DNA of 64,000 bases from an uncultured Acidobacteriota bacterium (GTDB lineage: Bacteria > Acidobacteriota > Vicinamibacteria > Vicinamibacterales > Fen-181). The notes below the pieces were generated by a model. It was not told where the DNA came from, did not search any database, and worked only from the letters and a program-made list of their open reading frames with translations. The stretch is taken from NCBI GenBank assembly GCA_963727765.1, contig CAVSGZ010000010.1, positions 64,346 through 128,345 of the forward strand, given 5' to 3'. Each line of letters begins with the position of its first letter. Position 1 is the first letter of the stretch. A program made the position numbers and the translations under genes. This document shows, piece by piece, positions 27,599 to 37,608 of this stretch.

Positions 27599-29572
27599 TC
27601 ATCTCCCGAGAATGCCCACCACCACGCCGGACGGCTCCGCCTTGTCGTGGTAGACGCGTTCGGTGGCTTTCTTGAAGTCGGACGCCTTCGCGTTCGGGGT
27701 GTCGACGAACGTCTGCGGGTTCAGGTCGGCCAGCGGAAACCAGGAGCTGTGCACCTGCACCATGATTCGGTGCCCGCGCCGGAAGGTATGGAGCACGTCC
27801 GGCATGTCGAAGTTCACGACTTCGACCTTGCCGGGCGTCATCGCCTCCGGCTTCTCCCAACTGTTGCGGAATTTCGCCCGGATCGGCTCGCCGCGGACCA
27901 GCTGCTGGTAGCCGGCCATCCGTTCGGTCGGCAGCGGAACATCCGTCGGACGCGTCCCGTTCGGCGCCGCCTCCGGTTCCGGGTAGTCGTTCGGGTAGAC
28001 GTCGATCAGCTTCACCACGAAATCCGAGTCCGTGCCCGAGGTCGAGACGCGCAGCTTCGGCGAGACCGGTCCCGCCACCGTCACGTCTTCCTCCAGCGGG
28101 TCGGTCTGGTACACCAGCACGTCGGGACGACGCGTGTAGTAGCGCTGGTCGGCGACCATGTACTCCTGCTCGGTGCGGCCCACGTCGGTGTACGGGATGA
28201 AGGGAACCGGGTGCGCCGGGTCGCTCACGTATTCGTCAAACGACGGCTGGGCGTCGGCCGGCGGGTCGAACGACAGCTTCCCGTTCGCGTGGAGGTAGAG
28301 TTCCCGCTGCTCGGTCCGCTTCGGCGGCCACTCCGCGAACTGCCGCCACACGTTGGTGCCGGTCTCGAACATGTAGGCTTCCGGCAGCTTCGCGTCGCCG
28401 TTGCCTTTCAGGTACTGCTCGAAGAACGGGAAGATGATCTGCTCGCGCCAGAACTCGCCCGTCTTCGATCCGAACTGCACGCGGCCCAGCCTGGAGCCGT
28501 CCCAGCGCGACCATCCGCCGTGCACCCAGGGCCCCACGACGATCGCGTTGAAGATCCCGGGGCTCTGCTGCTCGATCGCGTGGTAGGTCTTGAAGGGTCC
28601 GCTCAGGTCCTCCGCGTCGTACCACCCGCCCACGGTCAGCACGGCGCACTTCACGCCGTGCATGTGCCGCGAGAGATCGCGCGCCTGCCAGTACGCGTCG
28701 TAGGTCGAATGACGGGCCTGGTCGAGGTAGAGCCAGTTGGGTTCCTTGAACAGCGTCTCCAGCTTCGAGAGCGGCACCGCGTTCTTCAGGAAGAACTCGT
28801 ACCCGTCCGTCGTCCCGTAGTCGAACGGCGGCGTCGACGTCCTCGGCGGGACGCTCGGTTCGCCGCCGGCGCTCTTGCACGGCGGCATGCTGCAGGGCAC
28901 CGGGTCGCGCGGCCGGAACGACATGTAGAAACCGAAGTTGGCGCCCACTTGGAAGGCGCCGCCGTGGTAGCCGTCGTCGGTGAAGAACAGATCGGTCATC
29001 GGCGCCTCGGGCGACGCGGCCTTGATGGCCGGGTGCGAGTCGATGATGCTGGCCGAGGTGAAGAACCCCGGGTACGAGATCCCCCAGATGCCGACCCTGC
29101 CGTTGTTGTTCGGCACGTTCTTCAGCAGCCACTCCACCGTGTCGTAGGTGTCGGTGCTCTCGTCGACATCTTGGTTGCCCTGCGGATGGTCGATGTGCGG
29201 GCGCATCTCCACGAACGCGCCCTCCGACATGGAGCGCCCGCGGACGTCCTGGAAGACGAAGATGTAGCCGGCGCGATCGAATGTCACCGACGGCCCGAGC
29301 TGCGGGCGGTAGTTGTCCTCGCCGTAGGGCGCCACCGTGTAGGGCGTGCGCGTCATGAGGAACGGATAGGTGCGCGAGGTGTCCTTGGGCACGTAGATCG
29401 AGGTGAACAGCCGCTTGCCGTCGCGCATCGGGATGCGCGCCTCGTACTTGGTGTAATGCGCGCGCACGTCGAACTCCGGTCGTGGCGTGTCACGGTTCTG
29501 GGCCACCAGCCTCGCCCCGAGGACCGCCGCCACGACCATCACTCCGCACACCGCCCAACGTCGTCCGTTCAT
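27599..29572 (-). CDS. CocE/NonD family hydrolase (S15 X-Pro dipeptidyl-peptidase-like), secreted
   Basis: Signal peptide from ATG 29572 and the nucleophile elbow GISYPG, with family-typical length. Confidence 0.8.
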   Translation of the reverse strand: MNGRRWAVCGVMVVAAVLGARLVAQNRDTPRPEFDVRAHYTKYEARIPMRDGKRLFTSIYVPKDTSRTYPFLMTRTPYTVAPYGEDNYRPQLGPSVTFDRAGYIFVFQDVRGRSMSEGAFVEMRPHIDHPQGNQDVDESTDTYDTVEWLLKNVPNNNGRVGIWGISYPGFFTSASIIDSHPAIKAASPEAPMTDLFFTDDGYHGGAFQVGANFGFYMSFRPRDPVPCSMPPCKSAGGEPSVPPRTSTPPFDYGTTDGYEFFLKNAVPLSKLETLFKEPNWLYLDQARHSTYDAYWQARDLSRHMHGVKCAVLTVGGWYDAEDLSGPFKTYHAIEQQSPGIFNAIVVGPWVHGGWSRWDGSRLGRVQFGSKTGEFWREQIIFPFFEQYLKGNGDAKLPEAYMFETGTNVWRQFAEWPPKRTEQRELYLHANGKLSFDPPADAQPSFDEYVSDPAHPVPFIPYTDVGRTEQEYMVADQRYYTRRPDVLVYQTDPLEEDVTVAGPVSPKLRVSTSGTDSDFVVKLIDVYPNDYPEPEAAPNGTRPTDVPLPTERMAGYQQLVRGEPIRAKFRNSWEKPEAMTPGKVEVVNFDMPDVLHTFRRGHRIMVQVHSSWFPLADLNPQTFVDTPNAKASDFKKATERVYHDKAEPSGVVVGILGR

Positions 29573-29695
29573 GCGACACCCCTGAAGATGGAGACCGGCG
29601 TGCTCCGCGCCCGGTTCGGCACCCGGAGCCCGACTGGCGACTCCCGCGTTGTGAGGGGATTGTGCCACAGACCGACGGTCTGCCGCCTGGTGGCG

Positions 29696-31231
29696 CTAGG
29701 CCCCCGTCCGCTCGCGCTCCTGCACCATGTCGCGCACGATCTCGGTGATGCGCCGGAAGTCGAGCTTGCCGCTCGTCATCTTGGGCAGATCGGGCACCAC
29801 GACGAACTGCTTGGGCAGCGCGATGTGGGGGAGCGATTCGGCCATCTGTGTCATGATGGCCCGCTCCTCGACCTGGCACGTCACGGCGGCGACGATGCGC
29901 GCGCCGCGAAGCGCGTCGGGCACCTCGACGACGCAGCACTCGCAGTCGGTGGGCAGGAGCCGCTCGAGAGTGTCCTCGACCTTCACGAGCGACACCATCT
30001 CGCCTCCCACCTTCAGGAACCGGCGCAGCCGGCCCACGTGCCACAAATACCCGTCGTCGTCCATGTAGCCCATGTCGCCGGTGTCGTACCAGCCGTGGCG
30101 CAGGTGAAGCGAACTGGCTTCGAAGTCGTCGAAGTAGCCCTTCATCACGTTCGGGCCCTGGACCAGCACCTTGCCGATTTCGTTGACCGCGCACGCCTCG
30201 CCCGTGTCGTAGCGCTCGAGCCGGACCTGCACGCCAGGGATCGCCTTACCGACCGAGCCGGGCCGGTTGTGCTGCGGCGTGTTGACCGACACCACCGGGC
30301 TCGTCTCGGTCGTCCCGTAGCCCTCGTAGAGGATGATGCGGTGCTTGTCCCACCATCCACGGCGCAGCGAGTCCGGGCACTTGTCCGCGCCGGTGATCAT
30401 CAAGCGAACGGTCTTGAAGTCGCCCGGCTCCGATTTCTGCAGGTAGCCGTGGAGGAAGGCCGGCGTGCCCACCATCACCGTCACGCTCTCCTCCCGGACG
30501 GCGGAGCAGATCGACCGGAACTCGAGCGGGTTCGGGCAGGTGACAATCGTCATCCCGCGCTCGAGCGGGAGCCAGCAGTCCACCGTGAGGCCGAAGACGT
30601 GGAACAGCGGGAGGTTGGCGAGCAGGATGTCCTGCGGGCCGAAGTCGAGAATCTCCCCGAACGCCTTCAGGTTCGAGTGGATGTTGGCGTGCGTGAGCGG
30701 GACCGCCTTGGGTTCCTTCTCGCTGCCGCTCGTAAACAGGATGACCGCGTTCTCCTCGTCGTCGCCCCGCGGGAGGCGGTCGATGATCCGGTCGGCCGAC
30801 AGGGAGGCCCGAAACGCTCCGCGGATCTTGTCCAGCGCCGACGCGCTGCGCGCCATGTCTTCGAGACAGATCATCCCGTCGACCATGGGGCACTTGATCC
30901 GCTCGAGCAGGGCATGGGAGGTCAGGATCGTCCTGAACGCAAGGCGGCGCTGCGCCTCTCGGCAGTTCTCCTCGGCGCCGGTGGAGTAGTTGATCATCAC
31001 CGGCGTCCGGCCGCTGACAAGGACGGCGAGGATCGCGTAGATGCAGCCGGCGCTGGTCGGCACCATGATGCCGACAAACCCCTCGTCGGACGACTTCAGC
31101 TTGTCGGCCAGGATCAAGGCCCGCAGCAGCACGTCCTTGTAGGTGACGCGCTGGTTGGTGGCGCGGTCGATGATCGCGGTCTTCTTCTCGTATCGCTTCG
31201 CCGTGCGGATGAAACACTCGTGGAGGCGCAC
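29696..31231 (-). CDS. AMP-dependent acyl-CoA/acyl-ACP synthetase
   Basis: AMP-binding signature ILFTSGSEKEPKAV, plus YGTTE and GDMGYMDDDGYL motifs. Confidence 0.8.
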   Translation of the reverse strand: MRLHECFIRTAKRYEKKTAIIDRATNQRVTYKDVLLRALILADKLKSSDEGFVGIMVPTSAGCIYAILAVLVSGRTPVMINYSTGAEENCREAQRRLAFRTILTSHALLERIKCPMVDGMICLEDMARSASALDKIRGAFRASLSADRIIDRLPRGDDEENAVILFTSGSEKEPKAVPLTHANIHSNLKAFGEILDFGPQDILLANLPLFHVFGLTVDCWLPLERGMTIVTCPNPLEFRSICSAVREESVTVMVGTPAFLHGYLQKSEPGDFKTVRLMITGADKCPDSLRRGWWDKHRIILYEGYGTTETSPVVSVNTPQHNRPGSVGKAIPGVQVRLERYDTGEACAVNEIGKVLVQGPNVMKGYFDDFEASSLHLRHGWYDTGDMGYMDDDGYLWHVGRLRRFLKVGGEMVSLVKVEDTLERLLPTDCECCVVEVPDALRGARIVAAVTCQVEERAIMTQMAESLPHIALPKQFVVVPDLPKMTSGKLDFRRITEIVRDMVQERERTGA

Positions 31232-31267
31232 GTGGATCCTTTCGATTTGCCGGCGGGAAGGCCCGCC

Positions 31268-32287
31268 CTACACGCGGTCCTGCCCGCGCGCAGCGACGGC
31301 CGCCACCGCCGCCGCCACCTTCAGGAGCTTCGTCCGGTCGGCACTCGGGCCCGCCGCGATCGAGTCGATCTGCCGTTCCTGCTCGCGAACCGCCGCGTAG
31401 GCCGCGTCGAGTTCGACACGCGCAAAGGTAATCGTATCGCCCGGCGCCGCCTGCGCGAGGCGAGGCAGGTCCGGGCCGATCACGGTGGCGATCTTCGTGT
31501 ACCCGCCCGCCGTGCCGCGGTCGGCGAACAGGACGATCGGCACGCCGTCGCCCGCCACCTGGACGGCGCCGAACGGCGTGCCGTCGGAGACGATGTCCGG
31601 GCCGCGGAGATGCTCGATGGCGGGCCCCGTCAGGCGATAGCCCATCCGGTCCGACTGCGGGGCCACCGTGTAGCTGGACGACAGGAAGGTGTCGATGCCG
31701 CGCGGCGTGAACCGGTCCGCCTGCGGCCCGAGCACCACGCGCAGGCCCTGCGCGTGCCCATAGACCGGCCGGGATGCCTCCGGCATCCGAAGCGCGCCGC
31801 CGAGCAGCACCGGGCGATCGCCGCACAGGTGCAAGATGTCGCCCGCCTTCAGCGGCCGGCCTGCGACGCCGCCGAGTTTCGAGCGCGTGTAGGTCGACCG
31901 GCTCCCGAGCACGACGGGGACGTCGATGCCGCCGGCAACAGCGAGGTAAGCGCGCAGGCCGTCCCTGGGCTGGCCGAAGGAGAGCACCGCCCCCGCGTCG
32001 ACCAGCACCGACTGCCATCGAGGCACCGGGCGCCCGTCGAGCCGGGCGGTCAGATCGGCCCCTGTCAGCGCAATCGTGGCCGGCACCAGGAACGTCAACC
32101 GCGGGCCCACGAGCGTCACCTCGAGCCCGGCCGAGTCGTCGGCGTTGCCAACGAGGCGGTTGGCGGCGCGCAGCGAGAACCGGTCGAGCGCGCCCGAGGT
32201 CGGCACGCCGTACCGCTGGTATCCGTAGCGCCCGAGGTCCTGCACGGTCGTCAGCATGCCGCCGTCGATCACCTCGATGGCCTTCAC
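31268..32287 (-). CDS. pxpC: 5-oxoprolinase subunit C (PxpC / KipA, allophanate hydrolase subunit 2 family)
   Basis: TTVQDLGR...GVPTSGALD motif. The GTG start at 32287 overlaps the pxpB stop (GTGA). Confidence 0.85.
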   Translation of the reverse strand: MKAIEVIDGGMLTTVQDLGRYGYQRYGVPTSGALDRFSLRAANRLVGNADDSAGLEVTLVGPRLTFLVPATIALTGADLTARLDGRPVPRWQSVLVDAGAVLSFGQPRDGLRAYLAVAGGIDVPVVLGSRSTYTRSKLGGVAGRPLKAGDILHLCGDRPVLLGGALRMPEASRPVYGHAQGLRVVLGPQADRFTPRGIDTFLSSSYTVAPQSDRMGYRLTGPAIEHLRGPDIVSDGTPFGAVQVAGDGVPIVLFADRGTAGGYTKIATVIGPDLPRLAQAAPGDTITFARVELDAAYAAVREQERQIDSIAAGPSADRTKLLKVAAAVAAVAARGQDRV

Positions 32288-33015
32288 GCGGTCAGCTCCC
32301 TGGCGGTGAGCGTCCAGGTACCTGCCTTCAGGCCATCCTGGATGCGCTGGTACTCGTCGCGGGTCACCGGCACGAACCTGATATAGTCGCCGGCCTCGAC
32401 GACGACCGGCGGATGCCGGGTCGGATCGAAGAGCAGGACCGGCGTCCGGCCGATGAGCTGCCAGCCGCCCGGACTCTCCACCGGGTAGATGCCGGTCTGC
32501 TGCTGCGCGATGCCCACCGAGCCGGCGGGAATGGCCGTGCGCGGCGTCTTGAGGCGCGGCGCCGCAATCCGCTCCGACATGCCTCCGAGATAGGTGAACC
32601 CTGGGCTGAAGCCCATCATGTAGACCAGGTAGTCGGTGCCCGAGTGGACCGCCACCACCTCGTCGGCCGTCAGTCCTGCGTGCTCGGCCACAAACGGCAG
32701 GTCCGGCCCGAAATCGCCGCCGTAGGATGTCGGGATCTCGACCACGCGCGGCGGCGGCGCCGGGGTGGCGGCCAGCCCCGACTCGAGTGCTTCGAGTCGG
32801 GCGCGAAGCGCATCGAACGTCGTCAGACGAGGGTCGTAAGAAACGAGCAGCGAGCGATAGGTGGGGACCAGATCGACCACGCCGTTGGCTTTCGCCCGAT
32901 CGACGGCCATGCACAACTCGCGAACGCGGCGGTTGATGGCGGGATCGATCCGGTCGCCGAATTCGACGACCAGCGCGGCTTCGCCAGCCACGAGGTAGCG
33001 TGTCGCGTCGGCCAT
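32284..33015 (-). CDS. pxpB: 5-oxoprolinase subunit B (PxpB / KipI)
   Basis: 243 aa with family-typical YMMGFSPGFTYLG and IYPVESPGGWQLIGRTP. ATG 33015 overlaps the pxpA stop. Confidence 0.85.
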   Translation of the reverse strand: MADATRYLVAGEAALVVEFGDRIDPAINRRVRELCMAVDRAKANGVVDLVPTYRSLLVSYDPRLTTFDALRARLEALESGLAATPAPPPRVVEIPTSYGGDFGPDLPFVAEHAGLTADEVVAVHSGTDYLVYMMGFSPGFTYLGGMSERIAAPRLKTPRTAIPAGSVGIAQQQTGIYPVESPGGWQLIGRTPVLLFDPTRHPPVVVEAGDYIRFVPVTRDEYQRIQDGLKAGTWTLTARELTA

Positions 33016-33785
33016 CAGGCCAGCCCTTTCGCGCCGAGGGGCGTCAGCACCACGCCCGCCTTCTCGAGCGCGGCCCTGAGGCTGGACGCCAGCGCGACGG
33101 CGCCCGGCGTGTCGCCGTGCAGGCACAGCGTGTCCGCCTCGACGTGCACCACCTCGCCCGTGATCGCGACGACCGTGCCTTCGGTGACCAGCCGGACGCT
33201 GCGCTCGATGACCTGCCGCAGGTCGTGGATCACGGCTCCGGGCTTCGACCGCGGCACCAGCGTGCCGTCCGCCATCAGCGCGCGGTCGGCGAACGCCTCG
33301 CGGGCGACGCGCAACCCCATCTGTTCGGCCTCGTCCGCCCACCTCGAGCCCGCCAGCGCGACGAGGATCAACGACGGATCGCACTCGATCACCGCGTCGC
33401 CGATCGCACGGGCCAGCGGGCCGCCGGGAGCCGCCATGTTGTAGAGCGCACCGTGAGGCTTCACGTGCTGGAGCCGCTTGGCGCTCGTGAACGCCGTCAG
33501 GGCGCCGATCTGGTAGACGAGGTCGTCGCGCACGTCGTCCGGCGTCGCCGCGAGATTGCGGCGGCCGAACCCGCGCAGGTCCGGGAAGCCCGGGTGCGCG
33601 CCGATGCCGACGCCGTGGGCCTCGGCGAGGCACACCGTCCGCCGCATGATGGCGGGGTCGCCCGCGTGGAAGCCGCACGCGACGTTGGCCGAGGTGACGA
33701 CCTTGATCACCTCCTCGTCGAGGCCCAGCTTCCAGTCCCCGAACCCTTCGCCCATGTCGCAGTTGAAGTCGAACCTGATTGGCAT
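33015..33785 (-). CDS. pxpA: 5-oxoprolinase subunit A (PxpA, LamB/YcsF family)
   Basis: N-terminal DFNCDMGEGFG and the ACGFHAGDP motif. Confidence 0.85.
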   Translation of the reverse strand: MPIRFDFNCDMGEGFGDWKLGLDEEVIKVVTSANVACGFHAGDPAIMRRTVCLAEAHGVGIGAHPGFPDLRGFGRRNLAATPDDVRDDLVYQIGALTAFTSAKRLQHVKPHGALYNMAAPGGPLARAIGDAVIECDPSLILVALAGSRWADEAEQMGLRVAREAFADRALMADGTLVPRSKPGAVIHDLRQVIERSVRLVTEGTVVAITGEVVHVEADTLCLHGDTPGAVALASSLRAALEKAGVVLTPLGAKGLA

Positions 33786-33791
33786 CGCGTG

Positions 33792-36164
33792 TTACTCCTG
33801 TCCGGGCGGCGCGACCGGTGCCGGCGCCTCGGGGACCGGCCACGGCATGACGAAGTCGGACTCGGGCGACCACACGAACGTCTCCTGCGGCAACCAGGCC
33901 GGCAGGCGCTGCCAGCCGACGCCGCCGGGCACTCCGTACACCCGGGCCAGCACCCGCGCCTCGGACCACTTCTGCAGCGCGCCGTGGCCGACCCGCAGAC
34001 GCAGGGTCAGCCCTGCCGCCGGCACCGGCGTCACGGTCGCGCGCCAGATCCCGTCGCGGACGATGCCCCGCAGGCTGGCTTCGACGGGTGTCACACCCGC
34101 AGGCAGGACAAACGCCGCACCAGTCCCCTCGAGGCCGGACTTGACGGTGGTCTCGATGTACATGTCCTCGGTGCCGGGAATCGGCTGCGCGGCACACTGG
34201 ACCTCGAGCGGCGGCGCCACGAGTCGGGAGGCCGCCGCGCGGTACTGGAACACTCCGCCGACCGGACGGAGCAGCTTCAGCGACCGCGCGGTCGACGTCA
34301 GCGGTTCCCAGTCGCGCGGCGCGCCCTCCTTGGTGCCGACCGGAGACGAGTCGCGCTCGTGCGTGCCGGCCTCCCACCACGCCTGGCGCGCGACCAGGTC
34401 CTCGGCGAAGCGTAGCGTCCGTCGCTCAGGCCTCTCCGGCGAATAGGCCGGCTCGACCGCCATCACCCACGAGACGGCCACGACGCCCAGCAGCAGCAGG
34501 GAGGTGATGACGCTCGAGGGCAGCCAGTGCGACTGGCGCCCGATCAGCAGAATTGCCAGGCAGGGGCCGACGGTCATCGCCGCCGCGACAAGCAGCGCCG
34601 GGAACAGCCACGCCGGCGGCGCCACCGTCAACGAGCCGAAGAGACCGACGACGAACTCGAGCAGTGGCCAGACCAGCGGGATCCAGAGCAGCCCGGCCAC
34701 GACCGCCACCACGAGGGCGATGAGGCGGCCGACCGCGACATGGCGCGCCGGCAGGGCGAGCACGAGCACCGAGGCGACGAGCAGCGGCCACGTGAAGAGG
34801 TAGCCGATGCCCGGCGCGGCGCGCTGGAGCACGGCCAGCACGATCGCCCAGACCGGGAGCGCGAGCATCCACACGCAGGCGGGCAGGGCGGCGGGGCCGA
34901 CCATCACGGGCACGCTCCTCCCGAGGAGATCGAACAGCCAGAGCGCGGTTAGCGTGACGGTCAGCAGGAACAGGAGAAAGACGCCGGCCTGGCCGTACCA
35001 CGGCTGCTCGAGCCCGGTGCCGAGCCTCAACAGGGCGCACCCAAGCCAGAGCGCGCCGAAGACGATCACCACGCCCGCCAGCGACCAGATGGCCGTGATG
35101 ATGACCCGCGCCGTGCCGATCTCCTCGTGCGCCGCCAGGAAGGCCTTGTAGGTCGCCAGCAGCCCGAGGACGAACGCGATGACGGCGAAGATCAGCGTGC
35201 GGGTCGACGAGTAGGCGAACGCCGTCAGGCCCGCGACGTCGAAGAACGTGCCGTTGTCGAGCGTGCGCGCGCTGATATCGGTTGAATCGAGCCGCTCCAC
35301 CAGCCGCACGGCGTTGTTGCCCAGGGTGTTGAGCGTGGCGAGCTCTAGATTCGATGGTTCGTCGAGGTGCGTGTGGTAGGCGAACGTGTTGCCGGTGGGA
35401 GCGAAGTCGAGGCCCGGCAGGCCCCCCTGCTTGAGGACCGAGAAATCGGTGTCGTTGGGCAGGCGGTGGTAGATTTCAGTGAACAGCGAGGACCCTGCGG
35501 GGAAAGGCGCGGCCGCCGCCCACGCCGCGGCCAGCCAGGAGTTGCCCGGGCCGGCCTGGAACAGCCGCGCGGGGCCGGTCGTGCCGACAGCCTCGAAATT
35601 CACGAACGCCCGCACGGCGCCAAACTCCGGCGTGTTCCTGAGCGCGCGTGCCCCCATCAGGCCGAGTTCCTCGCCGTCGGTGATCGCGATGAGCAGCGTG
35701 TACCTCGGGTCGGGCCTCGACGCCAGCACGCGCCCGGCTTCCAGGCACACGGCCACGCCCAGCCCGTCGTCGGCCGCCCCGCGCGACTCCCATCGTGAAT
35801 CGTGGTGGCTGACGAGCGCGATGGCCTCGTGTTGCCGGCCCGGACGGGTGGCGATGATGTTGACGACGGGGACCGACAGCCCGGAATCGGTGTCGGACAG
35901 GGCTTCCTGTAGACGGACCTCGAACCCGGCCTGCCGCAGTTCAGCCGCGATGTAGTCGCGCGCCCGGTGGTCCGCCTCGCTACCCGTCGGCCTCGACCCG
36001 AACGCGGTGCCCAGCATGCGGATGTGCTTGGAGGCGCGGTCGAGCGAGAAGCCCGTGGTGGTGCGATCTCGGCACGCCGCTGCGGTGAGGAGCACCGCGA
36101 GACAGGCAACGCCGGCAACCAGACGGCGGAATGGCGGCAGCGCGGTCGAGCGAATCGACGGCAT
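33792..36164 (-). CDS. M28-family metallopeptidase fused to a polytopic membrane domain
   Basis: HHDS...DDGLGVA...TDGEELGLMGA metal-ligand pattern, followed by about 8 hydrophobic helices. Confidence 0.75.
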   Translation of the reverse strand: MPSIRSTALPPFRRLVAGVACLAVLLTAAACRDRTTTGFSLDRASKHIRMLGTAFGSRPTGSEADHRARDYIAAELRQAGFEVRLQEALSDTDSGLSVPVVNIIATRPGRQHEAIALVSHHDSRWESRGAADDGLGVAVCLEAGRVLASRPDPRYTLLIAITDGEELGLMGARALRNTPEFGAVRAFVNFEAVGTTGPARLFQAGPGNSWLAAAWAAAAPFPAGSSLFTEIYHRLPNDTDFSVLKQGGLPGLDFAPTGNTFAYHTHLDEPSNLELATLNTLGNNAVRLVERLDSTDISARTLDNGTFFDVAGLTAFAYSSTRTLIFAVIAFVLGLLATYKAFLAAHEEIGTARVIITAIWSLAGVVIVFGALWLGCALLRLGTGLEQPWYGQAGVFLLFLLTVTLTALWLFDLLGRSVPVMVGPAALPACVWMLALPVWAIVLAVLQRAAPGIGYLFTWPLLVASVLVLALPARHVAVGRLIALVVAVVAGLLWIPLVWPLLEFVVGLFGSLTVAPPAWLFPALLVAAAMTVGPCLAILLIGRQSHWLPSSVITSLLLLGVVAVSWVMAVEPAYSPERPERRTLRFAEDLVARQAWWEAGTHERDSSPVGTKEGAPRDWEPLTSTARSLKLLRPVGGVFQYRAAASRLVAPPLEVQCAAQPIPGTEDMYIETTVKSGLEGTGAAFVLPAGVTPVEASLRGIVRDGIWRATVTPVPAAGLTLRLRVGHGALQKWSEARVLARVYGVPGGVGWQRLPAWLPQETFVWSPESDFVMPWPVPEAPAPVAPPGQE

Positions 36165-36195
36165 TCGGGGATTCTACGGCACGTTGGCCCTCAGG

Positions 36196-36227
36196 GATCT
36201 GGTGATCTTGCGATCTTGCGATCTTGC
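36196..36227. repeat. Tandem octamers GATCTGGT GATCTTGC GATCTTGC GATCTTGC
   Basis: Read directly in the divergent spacer between the M28 and M24 peptidase genes. Confidence 0.85.
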
Positions 36228-36339
36228 GACGCGAGAATGTCCACTACGCCGGGAGCCGCAAGCCGCGAGCCGCTGGCCTGTGCTATGCTGCGGCGGCCGG
36301 ACCGGTGGGCTCGGATCGTGGACACGACAGGAGGCTGTT

Positions 36340-37521
36340 ATGCCGGATATCGCGCGGATCCAGGGTGAGTTGAAGGCGGCGGGCGTCGACGGGTGGCTGC
36401 TCTACGATTTTCACAATCGCGATGCCATCGCCTATCACGTGCTGGGGATGGATTACGGGAAGTTCACGAGTCGCCGGTGGTTCTACTGGATTCCCACCGT
36501 CGGCGAGCCCATCCGCCTCGCCCACAAGGTCGAGTCCACCAAGCTCGACTCGCTGCCCGGCGAAAGACGGCTCTACCTCTCGTGGCGCGAGCTGCACGCC
36601 GGCCTGAAGACGATGCTCGGCCCGGCGAAGAAGGTGGCGATGCAGTACTCGCCGATGGCGAACATCCCCTACGTGTCGACTGTCGATGGCGGCACCATCG
36701 ATCTCATCCGCTCGCTCGGGTTCGAGGTCGTCTCGTCGGCCGGCCTCGTGCAGACGTTCCAGGCGGTGCTCGACGAGGCGGGCTACCGGTCGCACCTCGC
36801 GGCGGGCGAGCGCGTGCAGCGGATCAAGGACGAGGCGTTCGCGCTCATCGGCCGCGCGATCCGCGCCGGCGAGACGCTGACGCAGTACGACGTGCAGCAG
36901 TTCATCGCCCGGCGGTTCGGCGAAGAGGGCCTGACCTGCAAGGGCGAGTTCCCGATCGTCGGCACCAACGAGCAGCCGGCCGACCCGCACTTCGAGCCCA
37001 CGCCGGCCAACGCCCGGCCGATCAAGACGGGCGACACGGTGCTCATCGACCTCTGGGCCAAGCTCGACCAGAAGGGCGCCGTCTTCTACGACATCACCTG
37101 GTGCGGCTTCGTCGGCCAGAGGCCGCCCGCGAAGTACATTGAGATCTTCCACGTGGTTCGCGACGCCCGCAACGCCGCCCTCCACTTCATTCGCGGCCGC
37201 TACGCCGAGGGGAAGAAGCTGTACGGCTGGGAAGTGGACGACGCCTGCCGCCGCGTGGTCGAGAAGGCCGGGTACGGGCCGTACTTCCTCCACCGAACGG
37301 GCCATTCGATCGGCGAGGAGGTGCACGGCAACGGCGTGAACATCGACAACCTCGAGACCAAGGACGAGCGCGAGCTGGTGCCCGGCATCTGCTTCTCGAT
37401 CGAACCAGGGATCTACCTGGCCGGCGAGATGGCCGTCCGGTCTGAGATCAACGTCTTCATCACGCCGGCGGGGAAGGTGGACGTGGCGGGAGAGATGCAG
37501 GACGAGCTGGTGTTGATCTAG
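36340..37521 (+). CDS. M24-family Xaa-Pro aminopeptidase/dipeptidase
   Basis: HRTGHSIG and EPGIY motifs. ATG 36340 is preceded by AGGAGG. Confidence 0.8.
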   Translation: MPDIARIQGELKAAGVDGWLLYDFHNRDAIAYHVLGMDYGKFTSRRWFYWIPTVGEPIRLAHKVESTKLDSLPGERRLYLSWRELHAGLKTMLGPAKKVAMQYSPMANIPYVSTVDGGTIDLIRSLGFEVVSSAGLVQTFQAVLDEAGYRSHLAAGERVQRIKDEAFALIGRAIRAGETLTQYDVQQFIARRFGEEGLTCKGEFPIVGTNEQPADPHFEPTPANARPIKTGDTVLIDLWAKLDQKGAVFYDITWCGFVGQRPPAKYIEIFHVVRDARNAALHFIRGRYAEGKKLYGWEVDDACRRVVEKAGYGPYFLHRTGHSIGEEVHGNGVNIDNLETKDERELVPGICFSIEPGIYLAGEMAVRSEINVFITPAGKVDVAGEMQDELVLI

Positions 37522-37523
37522 CC

Positions 37524-37597
37524 GGGATCGGGGATCGGGGATCAGGGATCGGGGATCGACCCCGACCTCTGATCCCTGACCCCTGACCCCTGATTCT
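37524..37597. repeat. Inverted pair of heptamer arrays: 5 x GGGATC(G/A), then TGATCCC TGACCCC TGACCCC TGATTCT
   Basis: Read directly. The arms can pair (GGGATCAG with CTGATCCC, and CGGGG-ATCGA-CCCCG). Plus-strand TGAs at 37570, 37577, 37584 and 37591 lie upstream of the SSS start codon. Confidence 0.85.
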
Positions 37598-37608
37598 CGG
37601 GAGGAACC

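Noticed and set aside
27548-32386. 1,612-codon plus-strand ORF, the longest in the window
   Set aside because: Its translation is low-complexity Arg/His/Asp/Gly-rich. It lies antisense to three well-supported minus-strand genes (S15 hydrolase, acyl-CoA synthetase, pxpC) and crosses their intergenic spacers. This is the typical stop-free antisense frame of GC3-rich coding DNA.
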